The position numbers and the translations under genes are program-made. The notes beneath the pieces are model-generated. The model was not told the DNA's origin. It did not search any database and worked only from the letters and a program-made list of their open reading frames with translations. From Thermoplasmatota archaeon (GTDB taxonomy: Archaea > Thermoplasmatota > Penumbrarchaeia > Penumbrarchaeales > Penumbrarchaeaceae), in NCBI GenBank assembly GCA_048569615.1, contig JBLIRK010000007.1, positions 1,174 to 65,173 of the forward strand: DNA of 64,000 nt, in the 5' to 3' direction. Shown here in pieces: positions 17,301 through 26,822 of the stretch (positions are counted from its first letter, which is position 1; each line of letters opens with the position of its first letter).

Positions 17301-18650
17301 ATGCCACCGGCTGACATAGAAGCATTGATGGATGCCTGCCAAGCGGATCCCGCCTGCAGCTACGATGAGCTTTCATTAGAGAGGGAGAGCGTTATCCACA
17401 ACGTTGCGACGAGGCTCCCCACTGAGGACGGTTATTTCCACATCCATCTCTTCACCGACTCACACGGCAAGGAGCACATAGCACTGGTCAAGGGAGATGT
17501 CTTCCAGGGTGAGAACGTGCTCACCAGGGTCCATTCGGAATGTCTCACGGGCGATCTCTTCGGATCGCTGAGATGCGATTGCGGACCCCAACTGCATCAC
17601 GCCATGAGGATGATAGAGGAGGAGGATAGGGGACTGATCCTGTACCTTCGGCAGGAAGGAAGAGGGATCGGGCTCAAGGAGAAATTGAAGACCTACAACC
17701 TCCAGGATCAGGGATTCGATACCGTCGATGCCAACATAGAGCTGGGCCATAGGGCGGAGGAGAGGAAATACGATGTCGCCGCAAGGATGCTTGAAACCCT
17801 TGGTGTCCTATCGATCCGACTGCTCTCCAACAACCCAGACAAGGTCAGGAAGCTGCAGTCGCTGGGGGTCAGGATAACCGATAGGATACCCATAGAACCG
17901 AAGGTAAACACCGAGAACCTGAAGTACCTCAGGACAAAGGTCCAGAGGATGGGGCATATCCTTGACACACGGGAGCTCCATCCTCACCTTCCCGAGATAG
18001 ATGATGTGGTAAGGTTCATAAGGAGGGCCCAGGAGAATAAGGAAGGAACGCCCGAGATCACAGTTCTGAACATCAGGACCCTCAACGGCAGGTATCCCTA
18101 CTTAAGGGGAATAAAAGCCGGAGAGCGCGAACTCTCCGTCCGGGTCCTGAAGGAAAGGCTCGGAACCCTGCATGACGCCCTTCTCATAGGATCCGAGGAT
18201 CTCGAGACCTATCATGGGTTCAAGGACCTTGTAGGACCGATCAGAAATGTATTAATCTACGACCCCAGAGGAGAGGTGAACCTCTCCAACTCCGAGCACA
18301 TCCATGATGAACTGGACGTGGTCTTCCTCCACCTGGGCAATATGGATGACGGGAAGCTGCGGGAACTGGAAGGAAAGGGATTCGGCATTTACGACATTGG
18401 AAACGGAAGCGGTAGGCTCTCCGAAGAGAAGCTTCTCGAGCTCCACCCCGCCCTGGGCATATCATCTTTGATCACGGAGGGGACCAACGACGTAGGGGCA
18501 TTTTTCCTGGAAAAAGGGATGGCAGATATGAAGGTCCATGTCATCCTCCCGACCTTTGACGGCCACGAACTCCACCGGATCGATATCGGTCCGAACCTGG
18601 TCTCTCCCCGAATGGTCTCCCTGGGAGATGTGACAGTTTACTACAGCTAG
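17301..18650 (+). CDS. ribA: GTP cyclohydrolase II (bacterial-type RibA) fused to a degenerate RibD-C/reductase-like domain
   Basis: RVHSECLTGDLFGSLRCDCGPQL, YLRQEGRGIGL, LLSNNPDK, YLRTKVQRMGH are RibA motifs. The C-terminal half has weak RibD-C remnants (IRTLNGR, HDALLIG, SSLITEG). GAGGTG RBS. Confidence 0.88.
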   Translation: MPPADIEALMDACQADPACSYDELSLERESVIHNVATRLPTEDGYFHIHLFTDSHGKEHIALVKGDVFQGENVLTRVHSECLTGDLFGSLRCDCGPQLHHAMRMIEEEDRGLILYLRQEGRGIGLKEKLKTYNLQDQGFDTVDANIELGHRAEERKYDVAARMLETLGVLSIRLLSNNPDKVRKLQSLGVRITDRIPIEPKVNTENLKYLRTKVQRMGHILDTRELHPHLPEIDDVVRFIRRAQENKEGTPEITVLNIRTLNGRYPYLRGIKAGERELSVRVLKERLGTLHDALLIGSEDLETYHGFKDLVGPIRNVLIYDPRGEVNLSNSEHIHDELDVVFLHLGNMDDGKLRELEGKGFGIYDIGNGSGRLSEEKLLELHPALGISSLITEGTNDVGAFFLEKGMADMKVHVILPTFDGHELHRIDIGPNLVSPRMVSLGDVTVYYS

Positions 18651-18706
18651 GTCGGCAAATGATCCCCATAAGGACCCCTTAAATCCCAAGAAGAGCATAC
18701 CGCACC

Positions 18707-19654
18707 ATGGGAGAGGTTGTTGATTGGCTGATGAACGGACCAGCCTATGTCAAGTATCGTACAATGGTCGATATCCTGAAGGAAAGGGATGAGTCAAGTC
18801 TCCTTTCAGCGAAGGATACCATGCTTCGGGATCCTCTGATACAAGAACTCCTGTATGAGGTCAAAGGATGGCCGTGGGAGCCCCTGGCAAAACACAACGA
18901 TGCAAAGCATCCGCTCCATAAACTTGTATTCCTCTCCGAACTCGGGAAGATGGACGCGCTGGAAGAGGTCCTCGTCAGCATCCTCTCCAATGTCTCCGAC
19001 GAGGGGCCTCCGCAGATCTATACCAAGCTATACAAGAGATGGATGGGGAGGGACGGGGAGGAATATCTCTGGATCCTCTGTGATGCCCCTCTCCTACTCT
19101 ACGCTCTTGCTCTGCAGGGATACAGCGATGATACGCGGATGAGAAAGGGAGTGGATTTTCTGGCATCCCAGGTCAGGGAGAACGGATGGAGGTGCATCGC
19201 TTCCAGGGAACTGGGGAATTTCAGGGGACCGGGTCCGAAAGAGAGCATCTGTCCGTATTCCACACTGCTGATGATGAGGCTCCTTGCCACCCAGGAGAGA
19301 TATCTTGACTCCAAACCTGCAAGGCTGGGGGCGGAGTCTCTGCTTCAAAGATGGGAATACAAAGGGCGGGAGAAGCCATTCCTCTTCGGGGTCGGATCCG
19401 ATTTCAAGAAGTTAAAGTCTCCATTGATATGGTATGACATCCTCCATGTCACGGATGTGCTCTCACATTTCCCCTTCGTCCGGAGGGATGAGAGGTTCGA
19501 GGAGATGGTAAACATAGTCAGGTCCAAGAACATTAATGGAAGATACACCCCCGAGTCCATATGGATGGCCTGGAAGCAATGGGATTTCGGTCAGAAGAAG
19601 GAGCCCTCCTATTGGTTGACCTTCATGGTGCAAAGAATGCTGAACCGGATCTAA
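18707..19654 (+). CDS. Conserved hypothetical protein, prenyltransferase/terpene-cyclase-like alpha-helical barrel
   Basis: Trp/Cys-containing helical repeats (QVRENGWRC, CPYSTLLMMRLL, FKKLKSPLIWYDILHVTDVLS, GQKKEPSYWLT) resemble QW-type barrel repeats; function not assignable. Confidence 0.55.
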   Translation: MGEVVDWLMNGPAYVKYRTMVDILKERDESSLLSAKDTMLRDPLIQELLYEVKGWPWEPLAKHNDAKHPLHKLVFLSELGKMDALEEVLVSILSNVSDEGPPQIYTKLYKRWMGRDGEEYLWILCDAPLLLYALALQGYSDDTRMRKGVDFLASQVRENGWRCIASRELGNFRGPGPKESICPYSTLLMMRLLATQERYLDSKPARLGAESLLQRWEYKGREKPFLFGVGSDFKKLKSPLIWYDILHVTDVLSHFPFVRRDERFEEMVNIVRSKNINGRYTPESIWMAWKQWDFGQKKEPSYWLTFMVQRMLNRI

Positions 19655-19660
19655 GGATGA

Positions 19661-20107
19661 TCAGCCTTCATCCTCTTCCTCATCTTCCTTATCTTCGTCA
19701 TCATCTTCTTCACTTTCGATATTCGATGAGGATGCAGGGCCAGTCTTATCAAGGATCTTGACCAGGTTGGAATTGACGTCCTTGAGCTCGTTCTCCACCG
19801 ATGCCGTTATCTCGTGGAGGGAGAAGAACAGGATCGCCTGCTCGCAGATCATCCTCCATCCGATGTTCACAAGGAAGAACGAGACAATTCCCCCGAGGAT
19901 TATTACGACTATACCAAGTGCCAAGTAACCCCCTTCAAGATCGATCGCAGAGGAACCCATCACAACGAGAATGATGCTTCCCACGAAACCTCCGAGGAGC
20001 AGGAGGTTCAGTACGATTATACCGATGACATGAATTACCCTGATTATGCCGGGTGTTATCAGCCATCGGAACGAGAAGTAGTTCTTGAAATTCCTTTGAT
20101 TCGCCAT
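19661..20107 (-). CDS. DUF4282-like membrane protein with acidic tail
   Basis: YFSFRWLITPGIIRVIHVIG..2 TM..WRMICEQAILFFSLHE pattern; Asp/Glu-rich C-terminus. Confidence 0.75.
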   Translation of the reverse strand: MANQRNFKNYFSFRWLITPGIIRVIHVIGIIVLNLLLLGGFVGSIILVVMGSSAIDLEGGYLALGIVVIILGGIVSFFLVNIGWRMICEQAILFFSLHEITASVENELKDVNSNLVKILDKTGPASSSNIESEEDDDEDKEDEEEDEG

Positions 20108-20235
20108 TCTGACCCCTGAAACAGTATTATTAAGATTGAGATATTAATTTTTTCTATTATATTCTAATTGAAGGAATTAACTTCTCTTCGATGCTTCCAT
20201 CGACTTTAATAAAGGTAATCATCATTCACTCCACG

Positions 20236-22947
20236 ATGGCAGCGGGGGGATGGAAGCCGGAGCCGCATCTTGCCGATATTGATGAATTAATGGCTCAGCT
20301 CGGTTCATCCAGGGAAGGATTGATGGAGAGCGATGTCCCTACGATCAGGGAGCGCTTCGGCGAGAACAAATTGAAGGAAGGAAAGAAGACCCCCAAGTGG
20401 CTGAAGTTCCTGAGGCAGTTCACGGATGTTCTTGTTATCGTTCTTCTCATAGCCGCAGTAATAACGGCGATCATAGATCCCACCGGTATCGACTGGCTTG
20501 TAATAGCCGCCATCGTTCTGATCAATGCGACCATCGGCTACGTTCAGGAGGAGAAGGCGGAGGACGCCATCGAGAAACTGAAGAAGATGTCGGCTCCCAG
20601 GGCAATCGTTTTCAGGGACGGCAAGAAGAAGGAGATCCCGGCCCAGGAGCTCGTTCCCGGTGATGTTGTCCATTTGGAGAGCGGGATGAGGATCCCCGCT
20701 GATTCGAGGGTGATCGAGGCCCATTCCATCAAGGTCAACGAATCGGCGCTCACGGGCGAGTCCATGTCCGTTGAGAAGGGATCGAGGAGAATGGAGGGTG
20801 ACATCCCCCTTGCCGAGAGGGAGAACATGGTCTACATGTCCACCACCGTGGAGACCGGGAGGGGGCTGGCGGTTGTAATCGGAACAGGCATGTCAACCGA
20901 GATAGGCAAGATTGCCGGGATGATACAGGAAGTGCAGGGAACCGACACGCCGCTCCAGAAGAGGTTGAGAAAACTTGGGAAGGCACTTGGGGTCCTTGTC
21001 CTCGGCATCTGCGTTCTGATACTTGGTCTCGAGTTATGGAGGGAATGGGACCATATGTCCTTCGAGATAGCGGTCGAGCTATTCGAGACCGCGGTTTCCC
21101 TTGCCGTGGCAGCGATCCCCGAGGGACTTCCTGCTGTGGTTACGATATCCCTTGCGATTGGTTTGAAGACCATGGCTTCCAGGAACGTGATAATAAGGAA
21201 GCTCCCGGTCGTCGAGACCCTTGGTTCGGCAACCATCATCTGCAGCGATAAGACCGGGACCCTGACAACAGGAACCATGACCGCCGATGTTCTCTACATC
21301 GGGAATGAAAGGATCGACATCACCGGCGCCGGATACGAGCCAAATGGGGATTTCAAGGTCAAGGGGGAAACGAAGGATCCTGGTCACCTCGGAGAGGGCT
21401 TCAGGAACATCATGTACGCTTCACTGCTGTGTTCGGATGCCACCATGGAGGTTGAGGAAGGGCAGAGGAAAGTGATCGGCGATACCACGGAAGGCGCGCT
21501 CATAGTGATGGCCGAGAAGGCCGGATACGATCTGAAGAAGCAGAGGGACATGGACCCCAGGGAGGACGAGCTCCCTTTCGATGCGGACAGGAAGATGATG
21601 TCAACGGTCCATGACATGGACGGAAGGCTTGTCGGATTCACAAAAGGCGCCCCAGAGGCGGTTTTGGGAATTTCCGTAAAGGAGTTCACAAGCGACGGAG
21701 AGGTCGAACTTGGAGCTGAGAGAGAGAAAGAGATCAGGAGATTGACGGAGAGGATGGCAAGGCGGGGATACAGGACCCTGGGTTTTGCCTACAGCCCCGA
21801 CGGGAGAATGGAGGACAGGATGGTCTTCCTCGGTATCGTCGGGATAAAGGATAAGGTGAGGCAGGAAGCGAAGGATGCCGTTCATACGGCAAAGACCGCC
21901 GGGATAAGACCGGTGATGATCACCGGGGACCACAAACTGACGGCGGCTGCGATCGCGAAGGAAGTGGGATTGATAACAAGGGATTCGGAGGCAATAAACT
22001 GCAGGGACCTGGACGACATGGACGACTCGGAGTTCAAGATGACCCTGAAGACCGTATCGGTCTACGCGAGGGCCTCACCCGAGCACAAGGTCCGTATCGT
22101 CAGAGGTTTCAAGGAGATGGGGGAGATCGTCTCCATGACCGGGGACGGCGTTAACGATGCTCCCGCACTCAAGATCGCAGATATCGGTGTTGCTATGGGA
22201 ATAACGGGGACCGATGTCTCCAAGGAGGCGTCGGAGATGATCATCACCGACGACAACTTCGCCTCCATCGTCGCGGCGGTGGAGGAGGGGAGGGCCATCT
22301 ACGACAACATCCGGAAGGTGATCCAGTTCCTGCTCTCCTGCAACATGGGGGAGGTGATGCTGATGCTCATAGCAATACTTCTGGGCTGGCCTCTTCCTCT
22401 GATCGCGCTCCAGATCCTGTGGATGAACCTTGTAACGGATTCATTCCCGGCGCTCGCCCTGGTTACGGAGCCGAAGGAGCCCGGCATAATGAAAAGAAAG
22501 CCCCGGGATCCGAAGGAGAGCGCCATCACCAAGGACATGATCGTCTCCATCCTTGTCTCGGCGGGGATAATCACCATAGGTACACTAGCAGTTTTCTGGT
22601 ACGACCACTTCTTCCTGGAGCGCTCCGTTCCTCATGCAAGGACCATGGCCTTGACGACAATGGTCTTCTTCCAGATGTGGACCGCCATTGCGACTAGATC
22701 GACGACACACACCATGGCGGAGATCGGCTGGTTCTCCAACAGGAGGCTTCTCTTCGCCATAGCCGGATCGGTCCTGCTGATGCTCCCCATCATCTATGTC
22801 CCCTATGTCCAGGATGTCTTCGGAACGACGAGCCTGGGACTCATTGAGTGGGCTGAGATAGTGGTGATATCGATGTTCGGCTTGATAGCTGTCGAGTTCT
22901 GGGAGCTCCTGAACAAGAGATACTTCCACTACGGGGCTACGGCTTAA
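20236..22947 (+). CDS. Cation-transporting P-type ATPase, type IIA (Ca2+-like)
   Basis: TGES, VAAIPEGLP, DKTGT, KGAPE, MITGDH, GDGVNDAPAL, ILWMNLVTD. Start moved from 20191 to ATG 20236. Confidence 0.95.
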   Translation: MAAGGWKPEPHLADIDELMAQLGSSREGLMESDVPTIRERFGENKLKEGKKTPKWLKFLRQFTDVLVIVLLIAAVITAIIDPTGIDWLVIAAIVLINATIGYVQEEKAEDAIEKLKKMSAPRAIVFRDGKKKEIPAQELVPGDVVHLESGMRIPADSRVIEAHSIKVNESALTGESMSVEKGSRRMEGDIPLAERENMVYMSTTVETGRGLAVVIGTGMSTEIGKIAGMIQEVQGTDTPLQKRLRKLGKALGVLVLGICVLILGLELWREWDHMSFEIAVELFETAVSLAVAAIPEGLPAVVTISLAIGLKTMASRNVIIRKLPVVETLGSATIICSDKTGTLTTGTMTADVLYIGNERIDITGAGYEPNGDFKVKGETKDPGHLGEGFRNIMYASLLCSDATMEVEEGQRKVIGDTTEGALIVMAEKAGYDLKKQRDMDPREDELPFDADRKMMSTVHDMDGRLVGFTKGAPEAVLGISVKEFTSDGEVELGAEREKEIRRLTERMARRGYRTLGFAYSPDGRMEDRMVFLGIVGIKDKVRQEAKDAVHTAKTAGIRPVMITGDHKLTAAAIAKEVGLITRDSEAINCRDLDDMDDSEFKMTLKTVSVYARASPEHKVRIVRGFKEMGEIVSMTGDGVNDAPALKIADIGVAMGITGTDVSKEASEMIITDDNFASIVAAVEEGRAIYDNIRKVIQFLLSCNMGEVMLMLIAILLGWPLPLIALQILWMNLVTDSFPALALVTEPKEPGIMKRKPRDPKESAITKDMIVSILVSAGIITIGTLAVFWYDHFFLERSVPHARTMALTTMVFFQMWTAIATRSTTHTMAEIGWFSNRRLLFAIAGSVLLMLPIIYVPYVQDVFGTTSLGLIEWAEIVVISMFGLIAVEFWELLNKRYFHYGATA

Positions 22948-22976
22948 TACATGGTTGATAAAATCAGAGGTAGCCA

Positions 22977-23270
22977 TCACTCCTCTATCTCGCCCTCTGT
23001 ATCGACGACCCATGAGACATATTCGGGGCCCATCTCTGAGAATATGCGCTCCTTGAGCTCGGGGGAGATGTACATGTTCGTCAGGATGAAATCCAGTGCC
23101 TCATCCTCGTGGACCTTCCAGATGTGGAGATAGAGCTCCTCCTCAACGCTCTCCCTCATCCCCTGGAACACTATGGGGCAGTGGGGGCATTTGACTGAAA
23201 CATGGATGTCGTATTCCGGATCGTCAGGATCATCCTCGACACCCATGGGGAACTGCTGATCATCGGTCAT
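22977..23270 (-). CDS. Small acidic protein with C2H2-type zinc-binding motif
   Basis: CPHC..LYLHIWKVH spacing; GAGG RBS upstream. Confidence 0.65.
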   Translation of the reverse strand: MTDDQQFPMGVEDDPDDPEYDIHVSVKCPHCPIVFQGMRESVEEELYLHIWKVHEDEALDFILTNMYISPELKERIFSEMGPEYVSWVVDTEGEIEE

Positions 23271-23348
23271 TCGTCAACCTCGGGGGCAATAGGTGAAGAA
23301 CATCTGATAGAAAAGGTTTGCCATCCCACAAATAACCGATAGAGAGCT

Positions 23349-23395
23349 ATGGACCAAATATGGTCCATCAACGGTCTTTTTTCATTGGACCAATG
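23349..23395. repeat. Clustered short inverted repeats (ATGGACCA-AATA-TGGTCCAT; CATTGG-A-CCAATG)
   Basis: Perfect 8-bp IR at 23349-23368 and 6-bp palindrome at 23383-23395, with three TGG(A/T)CCA copies, in the intergenic region. Confidence 0.6.
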
Positions 23396-23427
23396 GATCA
23401 TCTATTCGCAAAATGCAGGATTCATAT

Positions 23428-24744
23428 TCATATCCTATCGAAGTCGGAGAGATCGAAGATCGTCCCGTCCTTGAAGCTCGACCTCTTGCATACGATCCCG
23501 TAATGAAGCTCGTATTCATTGAGGCCGAGGAGGGCCCCCTTCTCTCTAGTTCTTTCTATTATCCTTTCTGCATCGGTCCTGTTCAGATCCTGCCATTTGA
23601 ACTCCATCAACAAAGCCTTCTTTTCCCTTCGGTTTAAACATACCAGGTCGATCTCATCTCCCTTATGCCACCACCTGCCTGCCTCGTTGAACCTCAACGG
23701 CAGGGAATCGTTCAGATTAAGGTCCATCACTAGCTCCCTAGCTATCCTTTCGAAGACGTCGCCCATGTATGTGTTGAACTCATCTTTTATCTGGTTCACT
23801 TCGAAGATATCCTCCTGTATTGCGGAGCGGTTGGGTAAAATGAATTTGAACCAGAACTTCATCATGTTGTCGGTAATGAAATATCTACCCTTCCTAGAAC
23901 CTTCATTCTCGGTTATTGGGACTTCCCTTTTCACCATCTTCAATTCCGTCAGGTTCCTCAGGTACGGCGTAAGGTCGGAATGCTTCATGCCGGTCCGGTC
24001 CTTGATATCCTTAGGGACATTGTTTCCGGAGGAGATCGCTTCGAGTATACGCCTGTAGGTTCTGGAATCTGTGAATTCGTACCGTAACAGGAAATCGACC
24101 TCCTCCCTGAGGAAGGAATCAGGCCTTTTGATTTCATTTTCCAGCCAATCGAACACTGGTGCGGTTGTTTTCAGGATATAGTGGGGAATTCCATCCGTAA
24201 TCGCGAATATCCGACATCTTTCCTCCCATGACGTATCGGGGAAGAATTCCTTTAAGTGCTTGAATTTCAAGGGTCCAAGCTCCATGGAGGAGGTTCTCCT
24301 TCCATAGAGGGGACTCTTGTACCCGAGTACCTGATCGGTCATCATGGATATGGAGGACCCCAGAAGTATGACCTTGGTCCTGGTCGAGGCCAGATGGAGA
24401 TCCACGATCTTTTGGAACCTGGAAAGCACCGTTCGATCTTCTGTGATCAGGTTGGGAAACTCATCCAATATTATTATCCGATCCTTGAGATTTCGCAGTA
24501 GGGATTCCCAATCGTCGGCTGAATGGAGGACCCCCTCGACCTTCTGTCCCACCTCCTGTTTGAAATGGTAGATGTTATCACTTTCGGTTGCCAGAAAGAA
24601 TACATGGTCCAGATCCTTGACCGATTCCACGACCATCCTGGTCTTTCCAATCCTCCTTCTGCCGTATATCACTATCAGTTCGAATCGGTCGCTTTGGAGC
24701 TTCTCCCCGATGGAGTCCAATTCATCAGCACGGTCCACAAACAT
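23428..24744 (-). CDS. Archaeal AAA-type ATPase (ATPase_2) with wHTH and C-terminal DUF234-like nuclease-fold domain
   Basis: MFVDRADEL..IYGRRRIGKT (Walker A), IIILDEF (Walker B), SPLYGRRT, FWFKFI, GRWWHKGDEIDLV..EFKW. Confidence 0.9.
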   Translation of the reverse strand: MFVDRADELDSIGEKLQSDRFELIVIYGRRRIGKTRMVVESVKDLDHVFFLATESDNIYHFKQEVGQKVEGVLHSADDWESLLRNLKDRIIILDEFPNLITEDRTVLSRFQKIVDLHLASTRTKVILLGSSISMMTDQVLGYKSPLYGRRTSSMELGPLKFKHLKEFFPDTSWEERCRIFAITDGIPHYILKTTAPVFDWLENEIKRPDSFLREEVDFLLRYEFTDSRTYRRILEAISSGNNVPKDIKDRTGMKHSDLTPYLRNLTELKMVKREVPITENEGSRKGRYFITDNMMKFWFKFILPNRSAIQEDIFEVNQIKDEFNTYMGDVFERIARELVMDLNLNDSLPLRFNEAGRWWHKGDEIDLVCLNRREKKALLMEFKWQDLNRTDAERIIERTREKGALLGLNEYELHYGIVCKRSSFKDGTIFDLSDFDRI

Positions 24745-24840
24745 GATAATCTCAATTATCATAATACGAATTATCATATTTAATCGCTTGGTGGTCCGGG
24801 TCCCAAAAAGATAATTATTTGCTTTTCACTAGGGCCCCCC

Positions 24841-25332
24841 ATGACCCTCCTCTCCGACCAGGACATCATCTACAAGCTCGAGAACCGGTCGATGAAAATA
24901 GACCCGTTCAGGGAGCGCAACCTCACCCCCAACGGATACGACCTCACGATATCCGAGGTCTATACCCGGAATCCGGAAGGCAAGGTGACGATCGGGGCTG
25001 TATACCTTGAACACGGTGACTGGTGCCTTGTCTCCACCAGGGAGTTCCTGGAGATACCGCCGAACATCTGCGGGTCGCTGCATCTCAGGTCATCCTTCGT
25101 CAGGAAGGGTCTATTGGCAGGTTTCGGACTGGTTGATGCCGGGTTCAAGGGAACACTGACCTTTTCAATTACCAATGTCGGACCGGAGAGGGTCGCTCTG
25201 CCCATCGGGGAGCGCATCTGCCAGATAGCCCTGCACCAGCTCTCTTCAGATCCGCAGCACCTCTACGGGAGCCGCTCCGGAACCTATCAGGGGCAGAGGG
25301 GAGTGACCCTGGACGGTGGAAAGAGGGTCTGA
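24841..25332 (+). CDS. dcd: dCTP deaminase/dUTPase family protein (possibly a monofunctional dUTPase)
   Basis: PNGYDLTI, LRSSFVRKG, VDAGFKGTLTF, ERICQ, YQGQRGVT. The position of the deaminase catalytic Glu appears to be Ser. Confidence 0.85.
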   Translation: MTLLSDQDIIYKLENRSMKIDPFRERNLTPNGYDLTISEVYTRNPEGKVTIGAVYLEHGDWCLVSTREFLEIPPNICGSLHLRSSFVRKGLLAGFGLVDAGFKGTLTFSITNVGPERVALPIGERICQIALHQLSSDPQHLYGSRSGTYQGQRGVTLDGGKRV

Positions 25333-25334
25333 GC

Positions 25335-25700
25335 ATGAAGGGGGATATCTGCAGGGACCGGGGATGCAGCTTCTGCTGTCATGAAACGGAGATGATCCTG
25401 ACCGAGGATGATATCTCGAGACTGATGGAGGCCGGCCGCAGGGATTTCTGCGACAGAAGTACGAAGCAGCTCAGGAACAGGAACGGGAAATGCGTGTTTC
25501 TGACGGAAAAGGGAGACTGCTCCGTTTATCCTTTGAGACCGCAGGGTTGCAGGCTCTACCCACTCATAATGAAGCTGCCGGGCAGGAAACCGATCATGGA
25601 CAAGGTATGCCCCCACCACGGCAGATTCTCCATGGACCCCGAGGACGTGATATCGCTCGAATGCCTGATAGCCACCTTGGAGAAGGAAGGGTCCTTATGA
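25335..25700 (+). CDS. YkgJ family cysteine-cluster protein
   Basis: CRDRGCSFCC, CVFL..CSVY..RP.GCRLYP, C-terminal CP. Confidence 0.85.
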   Translation: MKGDICRDRGCSFCCHETEMILTEDDISRLMEAGRRDFCDRSTKQLRNRNGKCVFLTEKGDCSVYPLRPQGCRLYPLIMKLPGRKPIMDKVCPHHGRFSMDPEDVISLECLIATLEKEGSL

Positions 25701-26329
25701 AGCTCGTCTCGCTGATGTCCGGAGGGATCGACTCACCGGTTGCCACTTATCTGATGCTCAGGGCCGGGGCCGAAGTGATCGTTCTGAACATGGACACCAG
25801 GCCGCTCGGCGGGGATGACGAATTAATAAAAGTTGAGGAGCTAGTCAAAAAACTACATTCCCACTTCCCGGGAAAGGTCAAACTCCTAAGAGCGCCCCAC
25901 GGCCTTCTGCTGGGATCGTTCAGGGAACACAGCAATCCCAAATACACCTGCATTCTCTGCAAACGGTCAATGCTCTCACTGGCGGACAGACTATGCGATA
26001 GATACGGGGCCGGGGGCATAATCATGGGGGATTCCCTGGGCCAGGTCGCAAGCCAGACCCTCCAGAACCTGGCCGCGGTGAGCGCCGGCATCAAACACCC
26101 GATTATCAGACCGCTCATAGGATTCGACAAGCTGGAGATAGAGAAGATAGGGAGGGAGATCGGGACCTTCGAGATCTCCATCAAGCAGACAATGGGGTGC
26201 CAGGCGGCACCCAGATTTCCTATAATCAAGGCTGAGCTCGAGCGTCTGAACGAAGAGGCGAAGAAGGGTAGGCTCGGGGAAGTCCTCGAAGAGGTGCTGA
26301 AAAAGGTCGAGGAAGTTCCCATCCGTTAG
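25697..26329 (+). CDS. thiI: ThiI-like tRNA sulfurtransferase catalytic (PP-loop) domain lacking THUMP
   Basis: True start is ATG 25697, overlapping the YkgJ stop (ATGA). SGGIDS, CILCKR, GDSLGQVASQTLQNL, RPLIGFDK; 210 aa. Confidence 0.82.
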   Translation: MKLVSLMSGGIDSPVATYLMLRAGAEVIVLNMDTRPLGGDDELIKVEELVKKLHSHFPGKVKLLRAPHGLLLGSFREHSNPKYTCILCKRSMLSLADRLCDRYGAGGIIMGDSLGQVASQTLQNLAAVSAGIKHPIIRPLIGFDKLEIEKIGREIGTFEISIKQTMGCQAAPRFPIIKAELERLNEEAKKGRLGEVLEEVLKKVEEVPIR

Positions 26330-26371
26330 ATTAATGATATAGCGGAGTGATACGGTTTTTCAGGTGATACC

Positions 26372-26728
26372 TTGGAATACGCCGACTGCAAGATGTGCGG
26401 CTGCGGCCAGCTGCTCCCCTTCACAAGTCCCGATGGATTCCTTGTTTACTTCTGCACATACTGCAGGGCCAAGTTCTCCGGCTACGTTGACGACCCGATG
26501 TTCGAAGGCAGCCCCATCTTCGCCGAGATGGCATATTATTCCATGAGGGACACCTCGGACCACGGGGAATCCTTCACAAGGGGAGAGCTCATGGACGCCT
26601 ACAAATCCATCCTCGACGAGTTCCCTCCCCAACCATCGGAGGAGAATGTCCCGGAGTGCCCGAAGTGCAGCAAGGAGCTGCTGATCCAGTACGACCTTAT
26701 CGACCTTGCCTGGCTCCCCGAGGTTTGA
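26372..26728 (+). CDS. Zinc-ribbon-like protein with three CxxC motifs
   Basis: TTG start after AGGTGA; CKMC, CTYC, CPKC. Confidence 0.65.
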   Translation: MEYADCKMCGCGQLLPFTSPDGFLVYFCTYCRAKFSGYVDDPMFEGSPIFAEMAYYSMRDTSDHGESFTRGELMDAYKSILDEFPPQPSEENVPECPKCSKELLIQYDLIDLAWLPEV

Positions 26729-26822
26729 GGAATATTATCGATAATACATTATTTATATTCAGGGATGCAATTCTGAAGAGACTCACCAGGGAGGGATCGG
26801 TCTGGCCAGCAAGTATCTGACA

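Noticed and set aside
25490-25696. N-terminal extension of the ThiI ORF as a possible THUMP domain
   Set aside because: It is an alternate frame of the YkgJ gene and does not resemble THUMP; the real start is the ATGA-coupled ATG at 25697.
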